From NCBI RefSeq assembly GCF_009914755.1, contig NC_060929.1: a DNA stretch of 64,000 bases; one strand, written 5' to 3'. Under the pieces are notes generated by a model. It was given only the letters and a program-made list of their open reading frames with translations. It was not told where the DNA came from and ran no database searches. Positions 37,250 to 54,369 of this stretch are shown piece after piece (positions within the stretch are counted from its first letter, which is position 1; every line of letters begins with the position of its first letter). Position numbers and translations under genes: made by a program. Source of the DNA: the human T2T-CHM13v2.0 reference genome, Homo sapiens.

Positions 37250-38716
37250 GTGAGTAAGGAACCATCACTGCCCTTTGCCACGCAGTGTAATTTTTATTAG
37301 CTCATTCACCATCACTGAAAAGTAATTTATTTTTTTAAAACAACATAGTAGATTGCAAAGAGTCTGGTGTTTTGGGGTGGTCAGACGCACCAGGATTAAA
37401 ATTCGGGTTCTGCCATCTAATAGCTGCTTGACCTTGAGAATATGACACGAAATGCCCAGCCCGGAATGCCTGCCTTTCCTGGTGCTGCGAAGGTCATTAA
37501 TGCGAGCGCCTAGCCCGGGCCTGATGTGCATCCACACTCGGGGAGCCAGCTTGCATCTGCATCTGCCTTCTTCCCCAGGGCCTTGGACAGCTTGCAGAAC
37601 TCACTCAGAGCACCTAAGAAGGATGTAAATCCCTCCCTTGCCGCCAGGTGCCTGGTGGAGGGGAGTGATGGGTATAGAGGTGTCGGGGAGAGCGCGGGGT
37701 GTGGTGCTGAGTGGTCTCTCAGTGGGCTAAGAGCTCAGGGCTGCCCGAGGTGCAGGGACCCCCGGGGCAGGAGGAGTCATAGCCGCTGTGTGTGTGATGT
37801 ATGCAGTGGGTCTTGAGGTGGGGGTGGCATCCGCCAAACGGGGAGGGAGGGCTACGCTATGATAAAGAGTTCGAGGTTTATTTTTCAGATAAATGTTTGG
37901 GATTTGGGGCATATCTTATAAATGTTCACACAGAAACCAACGTGGTTCTGTTTTTTTAAACATTCAAGTATGCGAGAACAAGAAGTTTAGGTGTGAATTC
38001 CTCAAATTCTGAGCAAAACATACTGAGATGAGGAAATGGTATTTCACTTTTCTGAGAGGTGTTTTTCATCACTCAGTCACTGTGACATACCGTGGCTTGA
38101 GGCGAGCAGCAGGCGGCAGCCCCTGCAAACTTTAAAGGCCGGGGAGGGACACACAAGGCTGGTGAGGGACACGGAAGGCCGGGGAGGGACATGGAGGGCT
38201 GGGAAGGGACATGGAAGGTGGTGAGGAGCACGGAAGGCGGTAAGGAGCATGAAGGGCCAGGGGGGAGCACGCAGGCCGATTTGTCCTGTCTTCTGCCACT
38301 CCTCGGCCTCCCCTCCTAATCCATCTCCCCACCTGTCCTGACACTTCCGTGCCACCCTCTGGTGACATGCAGGGAAGCCCGTGTGAGTTTCTTGGTCTCA
38401 AGCTCGGGTATTCCCAGCAGCTCTTCCTTTTCGCACGCTTGTTTGGCGCCCTCTCACCTTCGGGCGGCCGTCTCATGTCTCTTAGCCTGTGTCCTAAACG
38501 TCATCCAACTGTAATCAGAGCAGCTGGAGTGAGTCCAGGCCTCGCCACTGGGAGACCCGAGCAAGACGTTATCTCACCCAGACCTCAGCTTCCTCATCCA
38601 CAAAAGACAAAGTAAAGTTTCTAACATACAAGGAGTTTGTGGACATCAAAGTTAAAAAATGAAGTATGAATTTAACAGAAATATCCCCTTTTATGAAATA
38701 CTTTTGAACTCTCTAG

Positions 38717-39432
<716 letters not shown>

Positions 39433-40600
39433 TAACCTAGAAACACACAGCTTTGTACAACTAAGACTTCCTAAATACAGGCCCTTAAGGAATCCAGAAA
39501 TTGCAAGTATTAAACATGGATTATAAAATAAAAAATTAAGAATAGTCTTAAAAATATCTGCAGGAATCAGGAAAATTTTTTAAAAATAGATAATTTGCAA
39601 AATAATTAAGTAGAATTTCCAGAAATAAAATGTTAAAAAATAGCAAAAAACCTCAATAGATGGGTGTAACAGAAAATTAACACAACAGAGAAGAGAATTG
39701 GCAAATTGTAAAATCAGCTAAAAATATTCCCCAAACAGAAATATTTTAAAAGGACACTATAGAAGAAGAGGTAACTTTCCCAGGAGGATTTAGGAAATAA
39801 CAGATTTGTCTAATGAAAGAAGGGCTAAGAGAAAATGAGGCAGATAAAACATGTGAAGAAATGATGTGCAGAAATTTTTAGAGACACCAATACAGACATT
39901 TAAGAATCCCAATTATCGCAAGAAACATTTAGACAAGAGGAAATCCATCCTTAGACACATCAAAATGAAGCTTTAAAACAACAAAGTCTGAGAAAATCCT
40001 AAATAGGAATCAGCAAAAATAAAGATTAATCGTGTTCAGTTTGCTTTGAATCCTTGAACATATTCATAAGAGCTTTTTAAAAGTGCTTCCCTGCTAATTC
40101 CACCACCTTTGCTATTTCTGTTGACAAAGAAATGTTGCTAAGGTGGGACAAGGAACAACTATCAGAGGTGGCACAGGGCTGGGACAAATTCAAGTTCTGA
40201 CCAGGCAGGGTAGAAATACTTTGTTGAATGCCTAGGACTTTTAGTAAAGATCCCAGAAAAGGCATACCTTAGTATCAGGGCCAAACCAGATCTAGGGTGA
40301 AGGCTAATCTATCTCCAACTCTATAAAGCCTAAATCAACCTTCAAAGAAAGCACCTGGACCACGAGGAAATTCACTTCCTTCTGGGGGAAATGTCCTCAA
40401 TGTGTACTAAAGGAAGGCAGTGAGATGCAGCCACTCAGCAGCGTAATAGTCACAATGCACATCACCCGATAAAAATTATTAGGCATGCAAAAGATCAGGG
40501 AAACTTGACCCAGTCCATGGAGAAAAAGATCCAGAAATGACAAAGATGATTAAAATAGCAGATAAGAAATTGAAAATAGCAGTTAGAAATAGGTCCAAGA

Positions 40601-40891
<291 letters not shown>

Positions 40892-41062
40892 TAGAAGTAG
40901 ATCCAAGAACTTAAGGAAAATTGCACATAATGAACAGGAAAAAAACTATATGAAGAAATAGTATTACAGAGATGAAAAACAAAATACTATTTCTTTACAA
41001 TAAGTATAAATAATAATAATATAAATATAAAGAAATAATATTACAGAGGTGAAAAACAAATA

Positions 41063-41385
41063 CAGATGCCACTTCATTGTAAGTTGAAAATATTGTAAAT
41101 AAAAAATGCAGTAAATACACCTAACCACCAAATATAATAGCTTAGCCTAGCCTACCTTAAATGTGTTCAGAGCACTTACATTAGCCTAAAATCATCTAGC
41201 ACAAAGCCTAGTTTATAATAAAGTCTTGAATATCTCATGTAATTTATTGAATACTGTACTAAAAGCCAAAAAAGAGAAGGGTTGCTTAAGCACTCACAGT
41301 CCGGTTTCTACTGATTATATACCATTTTTACACCATCGTAATGTTCAAAAATCAAGTTAAACCACCATGAGTTAGAGACCTTCTA
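41063..41385 (+). mobile_element. MER47A-like TcMar-Tigger MITE with TA TSD
   Basis: ta|cagatgc..gcttagcctagcctaccttaaa..cacaaagcct..atctcatgtaatttattgaatactgtact..gacc|ta. Confidence 0.8.
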
Positions 41386-42615
41386 TATGAAATAAAAAGT
41401 TACCTAATGGGCTTAAGAGCAGACTAGAAACTGCAGAAGAAACATGAACTTGAAGACTGATCAATAGAAATCATCCAAACAGAAGGAACAAAACTTTTTT
41501 AAAAGGCTGAAAAAAGATCAGATTTTCTTTGGCTTGTGGGCTAATATCAAGAGGCCTAACGTGTGTAGTGAGAATACAAGAAAAAGGGAGAGAGCAGAAA
41601 ATATTTGAAGAAATAATGCCTGAAATTTCTCTGGATTTGGAGAAGATATATACCCATGGATAAAGAAACTCAAAGAACAAAGAAAATCACACCAAGGCCC
41701 ATTTTAATCAAATTACTGACAATGAATTATAAAAATAATAATCTTAGAGGTAGTCCAGGGTAGGCAAACATATTACATACAGAATAACAAAGACAGAAAT
41801 AATGACTGACTTCCCATCAAAAACAATGTAAGACAGAAGACAATGGAATTCCAACCTGAAGTGCTGATTTAAAAAAATGTTTTTAATTGATGCATGATAT
41901 TAATACCTGTTTATGGGGCATGTGCTATTTTGATGCATGCATAGAATATGTAATGATCAAGTCAGGGTTCAGAATATCCATCACGTCAAACATTTATCAT
42001 TTCTTTGAATTGGGAACATTTTAAATCTTCTCTTCTAGCTATTTTGAAAAATGCAACATATTGTGTTAACTATAGTCACCCCACTGTGCTATCAGACACT
42101 AGAACTTATTTCTTCTGACTGTGTGTTTTTGTGCTCATTAACCTCCCACTCTTCATTCACCCTGCCAATCTTTCCCAGCCTTGGTGACTATCATTCCGCT
42201 GTCAATCTCCATGAGAGCCACTGTTTCAGCTCCCACATATGGGTGAGAACATGTAATATTCCTTTCTGTCTGGCTTATTTCACTAAACACAGTGACCTCC
42301 AGTTCTATCCATGTTGCCATGAATGGCAGGATTTCATTTTTTATGGTGGAATAGTATTCCATTGTGTGTATATACCACCTTTTCTTTATCCATTCATCTG
42401 CTAATAGATACTTGGTGTAATTCCATATCTTTGCTATTGTGAATAGTGTTGCTGCTGCAGTAAACATAGGGGTGCAGATATCCCTTTCATATACTGATTT
42501 TCTTTCCTTTGGATAAATACCCAGTAGTAGGGTGGCTGCACTAATTTACATTCTTATCAACAGTGTGTGAGTTCCCTTTTCTCAACATCCTCACCAGCAT
42601 TTGCTATCTTTTGTC

Positions 42616-42916
42616 TTTTTTTTTTTCTTTTTTGAGACAGGGTCTCACTCTGTTGCCCAGGCTGAAATGCAGTGGCATGATCTTGGCTCACTGCAACCTC
42701 CACCTCCCGGATTCAAGCGATTCTCTTGCTTCAGCCTCCTGAGTAGCTGGGATTACAGGAGTGTGTCACCAAGCCCAGCTAATTTTTGTATTTTTAGTAA
42801 AGACAAGTGTTTCACCATGTTGGTCAGGCTGGTCTCAAACTACTGACCTCATGTGATCTGCTCACCTCAGCCTCCCAAAGTGCTGGGATTACAGGCATGA
42901 GCCACCATGCGCAGTC
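42616..42916 (-). mobile_element. AluS inside the L1MA
   Basis: Alu body; flanks share atcttttgtcttttt. Confidence 0.92.
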
Positions 42917-45900
42917 ATCTTTTGTCTTTTTGATAATAACCATTCTAACGGGGATACAATGATATCTCATGGTGGTTTTGGTGTGCATTTCCCTGATGAT
43001 TAGTGATGTTGAGAATTTTTTCACATACCCATTGGCCATTTGTGTGTTTTCCTTTGAGAAATGTCTATTCAGATACTTTGTCCACTTTTAAACAAAATTA
43101 TTATTTTTGCTGTTGAGTTGTTTGAGCTCCTTGTATATTCTGGATATTAATCCATTGTTGCGTGAATAGTTGGCAAATATTTTCTTCCATTCAGCAGGTT
43201 GTCTCTTCACTTTGTTGATAGTTTCCTTCGCTGGGAGCAAGCTTTTTTAGTTGAAAATAGTCCTATTTGTCTGTTTTGGCTTTGTTGCCTGTGCTTTTGA
43301 GGTTTTAGCCACACAATCTTTGCCTAGACCAATGTTCCAGAGCATTTCCTCTATGTTTTCTTCTAGCAGTTTTATAGTTTCAGGTCCAACACTTAAGTCT
43401 GTAACCCATTTTGAGTTGAGTTTTGTATATGGTGAGATATATGGTTCTAATTTCATTCTTTTGCTTACGTATATCCAGTTTTCCCAGCACCATTTATTGA
43501 AGAGAGCATTCTTTCCCCAATATATGTTCTTGGCACCTTTGTCAAAAATCATTGGGTGAAAATATGTGGATTTATTTCTGGGGTCTCTGTTCTGTTCCAT
43601 TATGAAGTATTCTTGACTAGTATTCTACAGTATTCTTGACTAGTAGTTTTTTTTTCTTTTAACACTTCTGTATTATGTTTCATTTAGCTATTTGTCTGTT
43701 TTTATACCAATACCATACTGTTTTGGTTACTTTAGCTTTATAGTATATTTTGAAGTCAGATTGTGTGATACCTCCAGCTTCCTTCTTTTTGCTCAGGATT
43801 GTTTTAGCTATTTGGGATCTTTTTGGTTCCATATGAATTTTATAATTGTTTCTTCTATTTCTATAAGAATGTCATTGGTATTTTGATAAGGATTGCATTG
43901 AATCTGTAGATTGCTTTGGGTATTCTGGTTGTTTTAACAATATTATTTTTCTGATCCATAAGCATGAGATGTCTTTCCATTTGTTTGTATCCTCTTTAAT
44001 TTCTTTCATCAGTGTTTTGCAGTTTTCCTTAGAGATGTCTTTCACCTTCTTCATTAAATTTGATTACTTTATTGGTTTCTCTTTTGGCTGGCTTGTTATT
44101 GTTTATAGAAATGATATTGATTTTTTTCTGTGGATTTTGTATTCTGAAATTTTAATTCATTTATCAATTTTGAGAGTTTTTTTGCTGGAGTCTTTAGGTT
44201 TTTCTAAATATAAGATAATATCTTGTGCAAAAAGAGATAATTTGACTTCCTCTTTTCCAATTTAGATGCCTTTTATTTCTTTCCCTTGCCTGATTGCTGT
44301 AGCTAGGAATTCCAGTAGTATGTTGAATAGGAGGGATGACAAGTGGGCATCCTTGTTTGTTTTAGTTCTTGGAGGAAAGGCTTTCAGCTTTTCCCCATTC
44401 AGCATGATGTTAGCTCTTGGCTTGTCATTTATGGCCTTTATTATGTTGATGTCTTCTATGCCTAATTTGTTGAGAGTTGTTATCACGAAAGGATGTTAAA
44501 TTTTGTCAAATACTTTTTCTGCATCTATTGATCGTGTGATTTTTGTCCTTTATTCTGTTGATGTGATATTCACCATGTTTATTGATTTGTATGTGTTGAG
44601 CCATCCTTGCATTTCTGGGACAAAACCCAATTGATTACAGTGTATTATTTTTTGATGCATTTTTGGATTCAGTTTGCCTGAGTTTTGTTGAAAATTTTTG
44701 CATCTATGTTTATCAGGGATATTGGCCTGTAGCTTTGTTTTCTGTTGTGTCTTTGTCTGGTTTGGTATGGGGCTAATGCTGGCCGCATAGAATAAGTTAG
44801 AAAGAATTTCTTCCTCTGCAATTTTTTGGAATAGTTTGAGAAGATTTGTGTTTGTTTTTTAAATTTAAGTTTGGTAAAGTTCGGCAGTAAAGCCATCCTG
44901 TCCCAGGCTTTTCTTTGTTGGGAGACTTTTTAGTACTAATTCAATCTTGTTACTCATTATTGGTCTGTTCAGGTATTCTGTTTCTTATTGGTTCAATCTT
45001 TGTATGTTGTATGTCATCGATTTCTTCTAGGTTTCCCATTGATTAAAATATAATTGTTCCTAGTAGCCTCTGATGGTCTTTTTTATTTCTGTGGTATTAA
45101 TTTTAATGTCTCCTTTTTGTTTCAGATTTTGTTTATTTGGGTCTTCTTTCTTTTTTCTTGGTTAATCTGGCTAGCAGTTAATTAATTTTGTTTATCTTCT
45201 TTAAAAAACTCTTTTCATTGATTTTTGTTTTTTTTAGTCTGTATTTTGTTTAGGTCTGTGCTGATCTTTGTTATTCTTTTTTATCTATGATTAAGTAATT
45301 TTGGATTTGGTTTGTTATTGCTTTTTTAGTTCTTTGAGGTTTATCATTGGGTTGTCTATTTGAAATCTTTCTGCTTTTGTGATGTAAGTGTTTATTGTTG
45401 TAAACTTACCTTTAGCACTGATTTTGCTGTGTCACATAGGTTTTGGTGTGCTGTGTTTCCATTTACATTTGTTTTAAGAAATTCTTTGATTTCTTTCTTA
45501 ATTTCTTCATTGACCCAATAGGCATTCAGAAACATATTGTTTAATATCCACATATTTGTACTGTTTCCAAAGTCCTTCTTGTTATTGATTTCCAGTTTTA
45601 TTATGTTGCAGTCTAAGAAGATACTTGATATAATTTTGATTTTTAAAAATTTGTTGAGACTTGTTTTGTGGCCTAACTTATGGTCTATACTGGAGAATGG
45701 CCCATGTGCTGATAAGAAGAATGTGTATTCTCTAGCCATTGAATGAAACATTCTGTAAATGTTGCTTAGGTCCATTTCATCTAATATGCAGTTTTAATCC
45801 AACATTTCTTTGTTGATTTTCTGTCTCAATGATCTGTCTAATGCCAGGAGTGGAGTGTCGAAGTCCTCAAATATTATTGTATTATAGTCTATCTCTCCCT

Positions 45901-46049
45901 CTAAATACAACGTTTGCTTTATGTATCTGGGTGTTCCCGTGTTGGGTGCATATATATTTAGAATTGTTATATCCTCTGGCTGAATTGAACCCTTTTAAAT
46001 TATGTCATGACCTTCTTTGTCTTCTTTGACTGTTTTTGACTTAAAGTGT

Positions 46050-46487
46050 TTTATTAGGTCATTGTTGCATTACTATAAAGAAAGAAATACCTGAGACAGG
46101 GTAATTCATAAAGAAAAGAGGTTTAATTGGTTCATGATTCTGCAGACTATACAGGAAGCCTGGTGCTGGCATCTGCTTGGCTTCTAGAGGAGACCTCAGG
46201 ATGCTTACAATCATGGTGGGAGATGACAGGGAGCAGGCACATCACATGGCTAGACCAGGAGCAAGAGAGAGACAGCCGGGGGTCAGGGAGGTGCCACACA
46301 CTTCTAAATGATTGTATCTCATGTGAACTCAGAGCAAGAACTCACTTATCACCAAGGAGATGGCCCAAGCCATTTATGAGGAATCTGCCTTCATGATCCA
46401 GACATCTCCCACCAGGCCTTAACTCCAACATTGGGGATTACATTTCAACATAAGATTTGGGTGGGGAAAAAAATCCAAAGTATATCA
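46050..46487 (-). mobile_element. MSTB-like MaLR solo LTR inside the L1MA
   Basis: gaaatacctgagac..aagaaaagaggtttaattgg..gcatctgcttggcttct..tccaacattggggattacatttcaaca..tatca. Confidence 0.85.
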
Positions 46488-47374
46488 AGTCTGTTTTATC
46501 CGATAAGTATAGCCTGGTGGCAGCAGGCCAGTCATGTCTGTCTTTCAGCCCCTGGATGATACAGGTGAACACTAGTGTTAGTGGGTCCAGGTGGGCTGAT
46601 TCTTGGACCTCCAGGCAGTTTGCTTGGGTGCCAGTGGCTAGTGTCCTGGGACTTTTTTCAGGCCTCTTGATGGTCTGGACACATGTGCATGGTGATAGAC
46701 AGGGTGAGTGGACCCAGGGTGTCACTGGGGATCTGGAGATGTGAAGAGGCAGGGGCTGCTGGGCCCCAGGTCAAAATGCAGCCTGGTGGCAGCTGGGCTC
46801 TCAAAACAGTGCTGTGCTGCAGCTGCTTGGGTCCCTGGGAGTATGTGGGACCCTGCATGAACTTCCTCTCAGGAACAGTGGTGTCACATGGACTCCAGGC
46901 AGCTCTCTGTACTAGACTCAGTGCCCATGAGGCTGAGGGGCTCTCCTGTGACTCGGATTGCAGGGTCTGTGGTCGGGATGTGGAGCGTGGGAAATCTCAC
47001 ACGGACACTTTCCAGGCTCCTTGCCAGTCCCAGCCAGGGAAGTGACTTGCTACCCTCTCCTTCCGTGCCTCAGATTTCCCCTGCCGTGTCCCTCCTGGTC
47101 TCTAGTGTCCCTCCTAGATGCTCCACTTGACACGTGGCTATCTGCTCTCTGCTTTGGTCCTTCTTTGTGGATGGGGTGAGTGTCAGCGGCCTCTAGTGTT
47201 CCTTTGGAGCCATCTTGAAGATCCCTCCCAAAGTAATGATTTTTTTTTTCACAAAGTCAATTCAGAATTCTATATCTAGTTAAAATTTCCTTATAGAAAT
47301 AAGGCAAAATAAAGTGAATTCCAGCTGATACCAGCTTTTACTACCAGCAGAACTGGTAATTCAAAAATCATTAA

Positions 47375-47723
<349 letters not shown>

Positions 47724-48934
47724 TCAAAACTCCATCTACTTGAAGGAATTAAGACCATTAGGAATAATAAATATGTGCGTAAATTTAAAATATTCTAAAC
47801 ATTCTTTCAGTGTATTAAAATAATGATTGACAATTTAAAGCAAAAATGATGACAATGTATTGGATAACATATAGCATATGTAGATGTACAACGTATGTCA
47901 AAATTAGTGTAAAGGTCAGGAAGGAGGAAATTGAAGTACGTGGTTATATTTTTATACACGCAGTGGTGTAATGTTTTGCAAAGGTAAACTGGATAAAAGA
48001 TACATTGAACCATCAAAACTACACAAATAAAATGAAGAGTAATCACTAATATGTCAACAGAAAGCAAAATGAAATGCTGAAAAATACCCAATCCATATGG
48101 TTGCAGAAAAAGAAACAAGAAAGAACAAATGGCACTAAGAAAACGCACAACAAGATGATGGACTTAAATTCAGCCTATGAATGATGAATTAAATAAACTA
48201 AACACACACATCTAAATGCAGATCTAATTCAACTAGGAAATAGTGCTGTCTATCAGCAACAGTTTTTAAACATAAGGGTGAAAGGATGGAAGATGTTATA
48301 TTATTCAAACACTAAATATAAACAAGCTGGGGTAGTATAATATTAATATCAGGACAATGAGAGACCTTTCAATAAAAAGACGTGATAATCATAAATATGT
48401 AGGTACCTAACAATGGAGTCACAGCATATATGACAAACTGGCAGAAGCAAAAACAGAAATAGACAATGCACAATTGCAGTTGGAGATTCAACGTTGTTCT
48501 CTTGGAAATTGATAGATCAAGTAGACTGAAAATCAGTAAAGATATAGAAGTGCTAGATATAGAGTGCTAGACCAGCACTCTCAACCAACCTGACATTTAT
48601 AGGACATTACACCTAGCAAAAGCAAAACTCATTCTTTTCAAGTCCATGTGGAGCATTCACCAGAGTAGACCATAGCTGGGCTATGAAACAGGGGTGCTGT
48701 ATGTTGTCTGACAACAAAAGAATTAAACTAGAAATCAACAACAAGTAGCTGCTGGGAAATCCTCAAATATTTGAAAATTAAGTAGCACAGTTCTAGGTAG
48801 TTACTGTGGTATTGAAGACACTCTGAGATTAGAAAATATTTTGAACTGAGTGATAATTGAGAACAAAACATATAAAAATGTAAGGATTGCCACAAAGCAG
48901 TGCTCAGAGAAAAATTGATAATGTTAACTACTTA

Positions 48935-49349
<415 letters not shown>

Positions 49350-52300
49350 TCAAGTAAAGGAAATGTAGCTTGAACTGAAAGTGAGTAGAAGAGAGGAAGT
49401 AACAAGGATAAAATAAAACATCAATGACAGAAAGTAGAAAAAAAATCACTGGAAAGAAAAGAAGGTTCTTTGAAAAGGTCAATTAAATGACAAACTAGCT
49501 AAAGTGATTGAGGAAAAAAGAGAAAACATGAATTACCAATCTCAGGGCTGAAAGCAGGGAACTCACTAGAGATCTTAAATTGATAATAAGGAAACATTAT
49601 GAAAAAATTATGACAAAAAATTAAACAACTTGGATGAAATGGACAAATTCACTGCAAGGCACAAGTGACCAGAACTGACACTTCCGGGAAAAAGAGAAGT
49701 TCTAAATACCCTTGTTGGTGTTTAAAAGAAAAGAAACGCCTGTTTGTGTGCATTTTCTAGGGTGTTTTGCTGCTATCTATAATTTTGAGTTCTCTCCTAT
49801 TTCTCACCATGGGAATAACCACCTTCACCGTGATTCTTTCTGTGTGTGCTTAGAATCAAGCTCAAATCGTGCTGTTTCAGGGGTCCCCATTTGTCTGAAC
49901 ACCGACTTATATTTATGTCCAAGTTTATTTGATCTATAGCGGTGGCCCATAAAAACGTACTCAAGCAGTGTCAGACTGAGACTTGCCCATTATGATTAAA
50001 TAAAAATATCATTCTCTCTTCCCAGTATCAGATGTCAGAAATCTTACAATTAACCTTCAACGGTGTTCAGGAAAATGAAACAAAATCAGCGTGGGTTCCC
50101 CAAAGTCTGACTTTTGCCCTGAAAGCAGCTTGGCCTATATGAACAGCCAGGAAAATTGCAGCAGAGCCCAACTCTCCCTGTGATCCATTTATCACAGTCT
50201 CTCTCAGCCTGACAGAGACAGAGGCGCAAAGCAAGATGCATCAGCGTGAGCATCCTGTGTGGACAATGAGCACGTGGTCTGGTAATATCCACCCACTCAG
50301 GCGTGAGCCCCATCTGTTGAAACACAGATGCAAATACGGTAAGAAGTTTCCCAACACCACTGCCGCGCAGCACCTGCTTCACACTGAGATCCACAAAATG
50401 TGTACTTCAGTGCCGTGAACCACCCGTTCTGTGCTAATATTTTGCTGTAGTGTTTTGGGTTGGTTTCTTTCTTGGCTGGGCACAAAGGTGTATCAGTTGA
50501 TCTTATGAATCTCTGAAGTGCAGAAGGAAACCTTATGCAGGAGATGAGCCAAGGATGGTGATTTTGTCCAAGGCTTTTCTTAGGGGACACCCTGAGCATT
50601 CCACAGGAAGGGCGAACTGTCAGACATGATTCGCTCTGTCTCTTTTAACTCTAAATGCTTCCAGGCCTCTTACGATAAGCTTTGTTGAAGCAGGCTCTGC
50701 GGAGGCACTTCACATCCTAAACATTCTATTTCCTTAAGCACTGCATACCAGTGAGTAAGATTAAGAGATGACAAATGGGAAGAAAGATGGCTGCAATAAA
50801 TAGAAAATTGTAGAAAAGACACAGACTTTCCGGCCTCTGAGTGCACATGTGAGTGGTTGTGTGTGCATGTGTGTGAGTGCATGTGCGCGTGTGCTGAGGG
50901 TATATGTATAAGCCTCAGTGCGTAACCAGATGCGTGTGTGTGAGCCCAGGTGCGTGTGTGGTGAGGGTATATGTATAAGCATCAGTGCATAACCAGAAAT
51001 AAATAATTTAATTATTTTCTCCATCAGAAAAAGTTGTAGCTGTTGAGATACATACCAGATGACCTTTATGCAAGAATATCGCAGCGGAGTCATCCCTGTG
51101 TCCACACAGCCCGGGTTTCTGACTCTGATGGTGACATAAGGGGTGTTCTGTGAGAAGGCATACTTGTCTCCATGGTGTCACTCTTAGCAACATCCCAGAG
51201 TACACCCAACTCCTGGAGCTGCCCTGTGACTGGCCTGCACAGCTGGCCGGGCCCCTTCCGCTGTCTCCTGCGTTGAGGTAGGAGCAAGGAATGCATGGAC
51301 CTGGAGGAGCTGGGGACAGGGCGCTGCTGATCTGGGAAGCTCACCTGGCCAGCAGGTGCCTCTGACCCCTCCCACTGGGGATGTCTGGAGGCTGAACAGC
51401 AGTGTGGGCTGAGAGCAACCAGGCCGTAGGGCAGCCCCCGAGGCTGTGGAATGTCCTTGGGCTGCTGGCTCCCTACTCTCCGGGAACCAGCAAGTGACAG
51501 CAGGCTTGGCCTCCTGGAGGAAGAGAGAATCACATGGTATCCCCAAGCCACAGGGGGGCCTTGGAGCATGGCCACAGGGCACATGACCTCAAAGAGCGTG
51601 AGAGGCCGGGCGAGGCTGTCCTGCCAGGTGAGCTGCCTGGTGACAGGGAGTGTGAGCCCCACGCATGGCTGATTGAAAGATGCTCTGCTGGAAAAGGGGC
51701 ACCCAGAGCTGCTCTCCCTGGGCAGGGTCGGGGGTGCCCCAGTGCTGGTGGATCTCGAGGGGCAGGAAGAGTGGGGGCACCTGTGAGGTTCAGTTCAGCC
51801 AGTTGTGCCCCAGCCAAGGTGGGGCGAGTCCACACCCTCCCTGATGCTCAGGTCTCGCCTTGGCCCTTGCACACCACTCTTGAGGGGGACCCACGTTCCG
51901 CCCGCTTTCTCTCTCCCTGGGATCCAAGTACTCTCCCTGGTCAACCCTGGAGGAGGGAAGCCCACCTGAGAGCTGCGCCTGCTGCAGCTGGACGCACTTG
52001 TCATTTCCAGGCTGCGCTCCTCTCCAGGGACCCCATGCCATGTGGTGCAGGCTCCTGCACAGCCTTGGTGTGAAGTACCATCTTATAAATAATCCACTGC
52101 CTGCCTCTCCTGCCCCATCACTCCAGCCACATGGGACAGGTGATGTTTCTAACAGAAGAGGAGCGTGACCACACACAGCAGTCCAACAGGCATGGCCCAG
52201 GAAGCTTCCAGTGGCTCTGGTTCCTGGGCCATTCTGGGAGTGGGCCTGGGAACTTGCGTCTCTTCAGGGTCTCCAGACAGTGCTGTTTTGGGCCCACGTT

Positions 52301-53227
52301 TCTCAGCCCCTACATCACAACGTTATATTGAAGCATGAGGAGCTCTCCCCTGCACCCTCCAGCGTGGCTTATTCCACCCTCATGCCTAAGCCTGTGTCTT
52401 TGCATGTGGGGTCTTTGCATGTGGGGCAGCCTGAACAATGCACACCCCTCTGGGGCTCAGGGAAGACGTCTTGGGCTGCGTTTTCTGCAACGTGGTCTGC
52501 CTTCTGGCCTTGATGCCCGGGAAGCTTCTCTTGGAAAAATGCTGAGAGGCAACCTTGGCTCTGCAGGGCAAGCCTGCACCTGGGCTGGGGATCCAGTGTG
52601 AGGCTGGGGCTCTGCCCCATGGGCAGCGCATGGCCAGTGGCCACTGCAGAGCCAAAGGCAGTGGCGATGTGGGGTTAAAAAGGCCGTAGCTTCTGGAGCT
52701 CACCCACTCCAGTGGTTTTTCTGAGGCCTAAAGCAAGGGCAGCCTTGAGGGTCGCAGTCCTCCATGACCACCACGCCTCACTCATGCCCCATGCAGGCCC
52801 TCACACCACACTCTGTGGAGCCATTGCCCACGGGCACCTTCTTCCACAGCGAAGCATTGTAAGACCTCAGTGGAGATGAGCCAGCCCTTCCCCGGGTGTT
52901 TCTCTTTTATTTCCTTTTCTATTTCCCTCTTCCTATGGAACTTTTATAAAAAAAAAAATATATAGAGAGAGGGGCAGTTTTCCAACTTGCATAGGACTCC
53001 AATATGAGAACAAAGTGGGGTAGTGGGAAAGTTGGTCTCAAGGGCCGGATGTCCCTGAAGATGTCACAGCCCTGCACACCCACGTCCTCAGGGCTTGCAG
53101 AGGGTCACAGGCTGCAGAACTCTGGGGGGTGGGAATGCATCCTTAGCCTCCTTGCTTAGACCTGGACACTGGCTTTGCTCCCCTCACTCTGACCCTGATG
53201 CAGGACTGGGTGCAACTCTTCATGCCT

Positions 53228-53360
53228 GAGTGTGTGTGTGAGTGTGTAAGTGTGTGTGGATGTGTATGCGAGTGTGCGGATGTGTGTGCATGTGTGAATG
53301 AGTGTGTGTGCATGAGTGTGTGTGCGTGTGTGAACAAGTGTGTGTGTGTGTGTGTGTGTA
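53228..53360 (+). repeat. Degenerate (TG)n microsatellite
   Basis: Seen directly. Confidence 0.9.
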
Positions 53361-53474
53361 CCATGGCAAGGGAGGGTGAAGGAAACCCATCGCTCCGGCT
53401 ACAGATGGATTTATCATGAAAGCCATCAAGTTCAAGCTGCGTGGCCTTTCTCAAGGCCCATGTTCTACTCATAA

Positions 53475-53776
<302 letters not shown>

Positions 53777-54369
53777 CTCACAATTTTCAGTGGCTTCTCC
53801 TAAAGAGGACCCCATAGTGTATCAGCGTCAGGCCCCGAAAAACTTAGATCCACCTCTGGGTCCAAGTCAAGAGACCCTGAAGGCAAAGAGGTTGGAGTCA
53901 TGGTGTCGTGGAGAGGTTCAGCAGCCATGCCCTGCTCACAGCTCTTAAACCTGAGTGTTACGAATGAGACATTGGGTCTGGAGAGTGGTCGGGCATGCTC
54001 CACTCTCATCAATGCAGGCTGCATGCCTTGGTCCTGAACCTTCTCATCTCCCACTCCATTATCTGCCCCTAGCCTCACAGATGACTCACTCAAGCATGAA
54101 TCTCCAGCCACATCTTTATAACAAACCCTTGGCAAATGTCTCCAACTACCTCATTAACATCACAGAGATTCCTGAAAATTAGGACACCCTAAACCCACTA
54201 ATGAGAGCATTCCCTAGTCAAGATGGAACCCTCAGTTGCTCCCTTAAAATCTTCAGGTACCCAGAAAAGACTTCACTAACTTTTATCAGTCCACTCAGTC
54301 TTCAATCCATAGGCCATAGAGAGAATGTATTGAAAACAGCAAGGGCCGAGACTGATGGGGAAAGAAAAA

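Larger units (their letters stand above)
41871..47230 (-). mobile_element. L1MA2-4-like element, antisense: 3'UTR, ORF2 and 5' end retained, ORF1 region apparently deleted
   Basis: L1MA 3'UTR at 41880; ORF2 fragments ([23 protein letters not shown]); gccatcttg 5' terminus; TSD-like aagtgctgattt (41859) / aagtaatgattt (47231). Confidence 0.8.
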
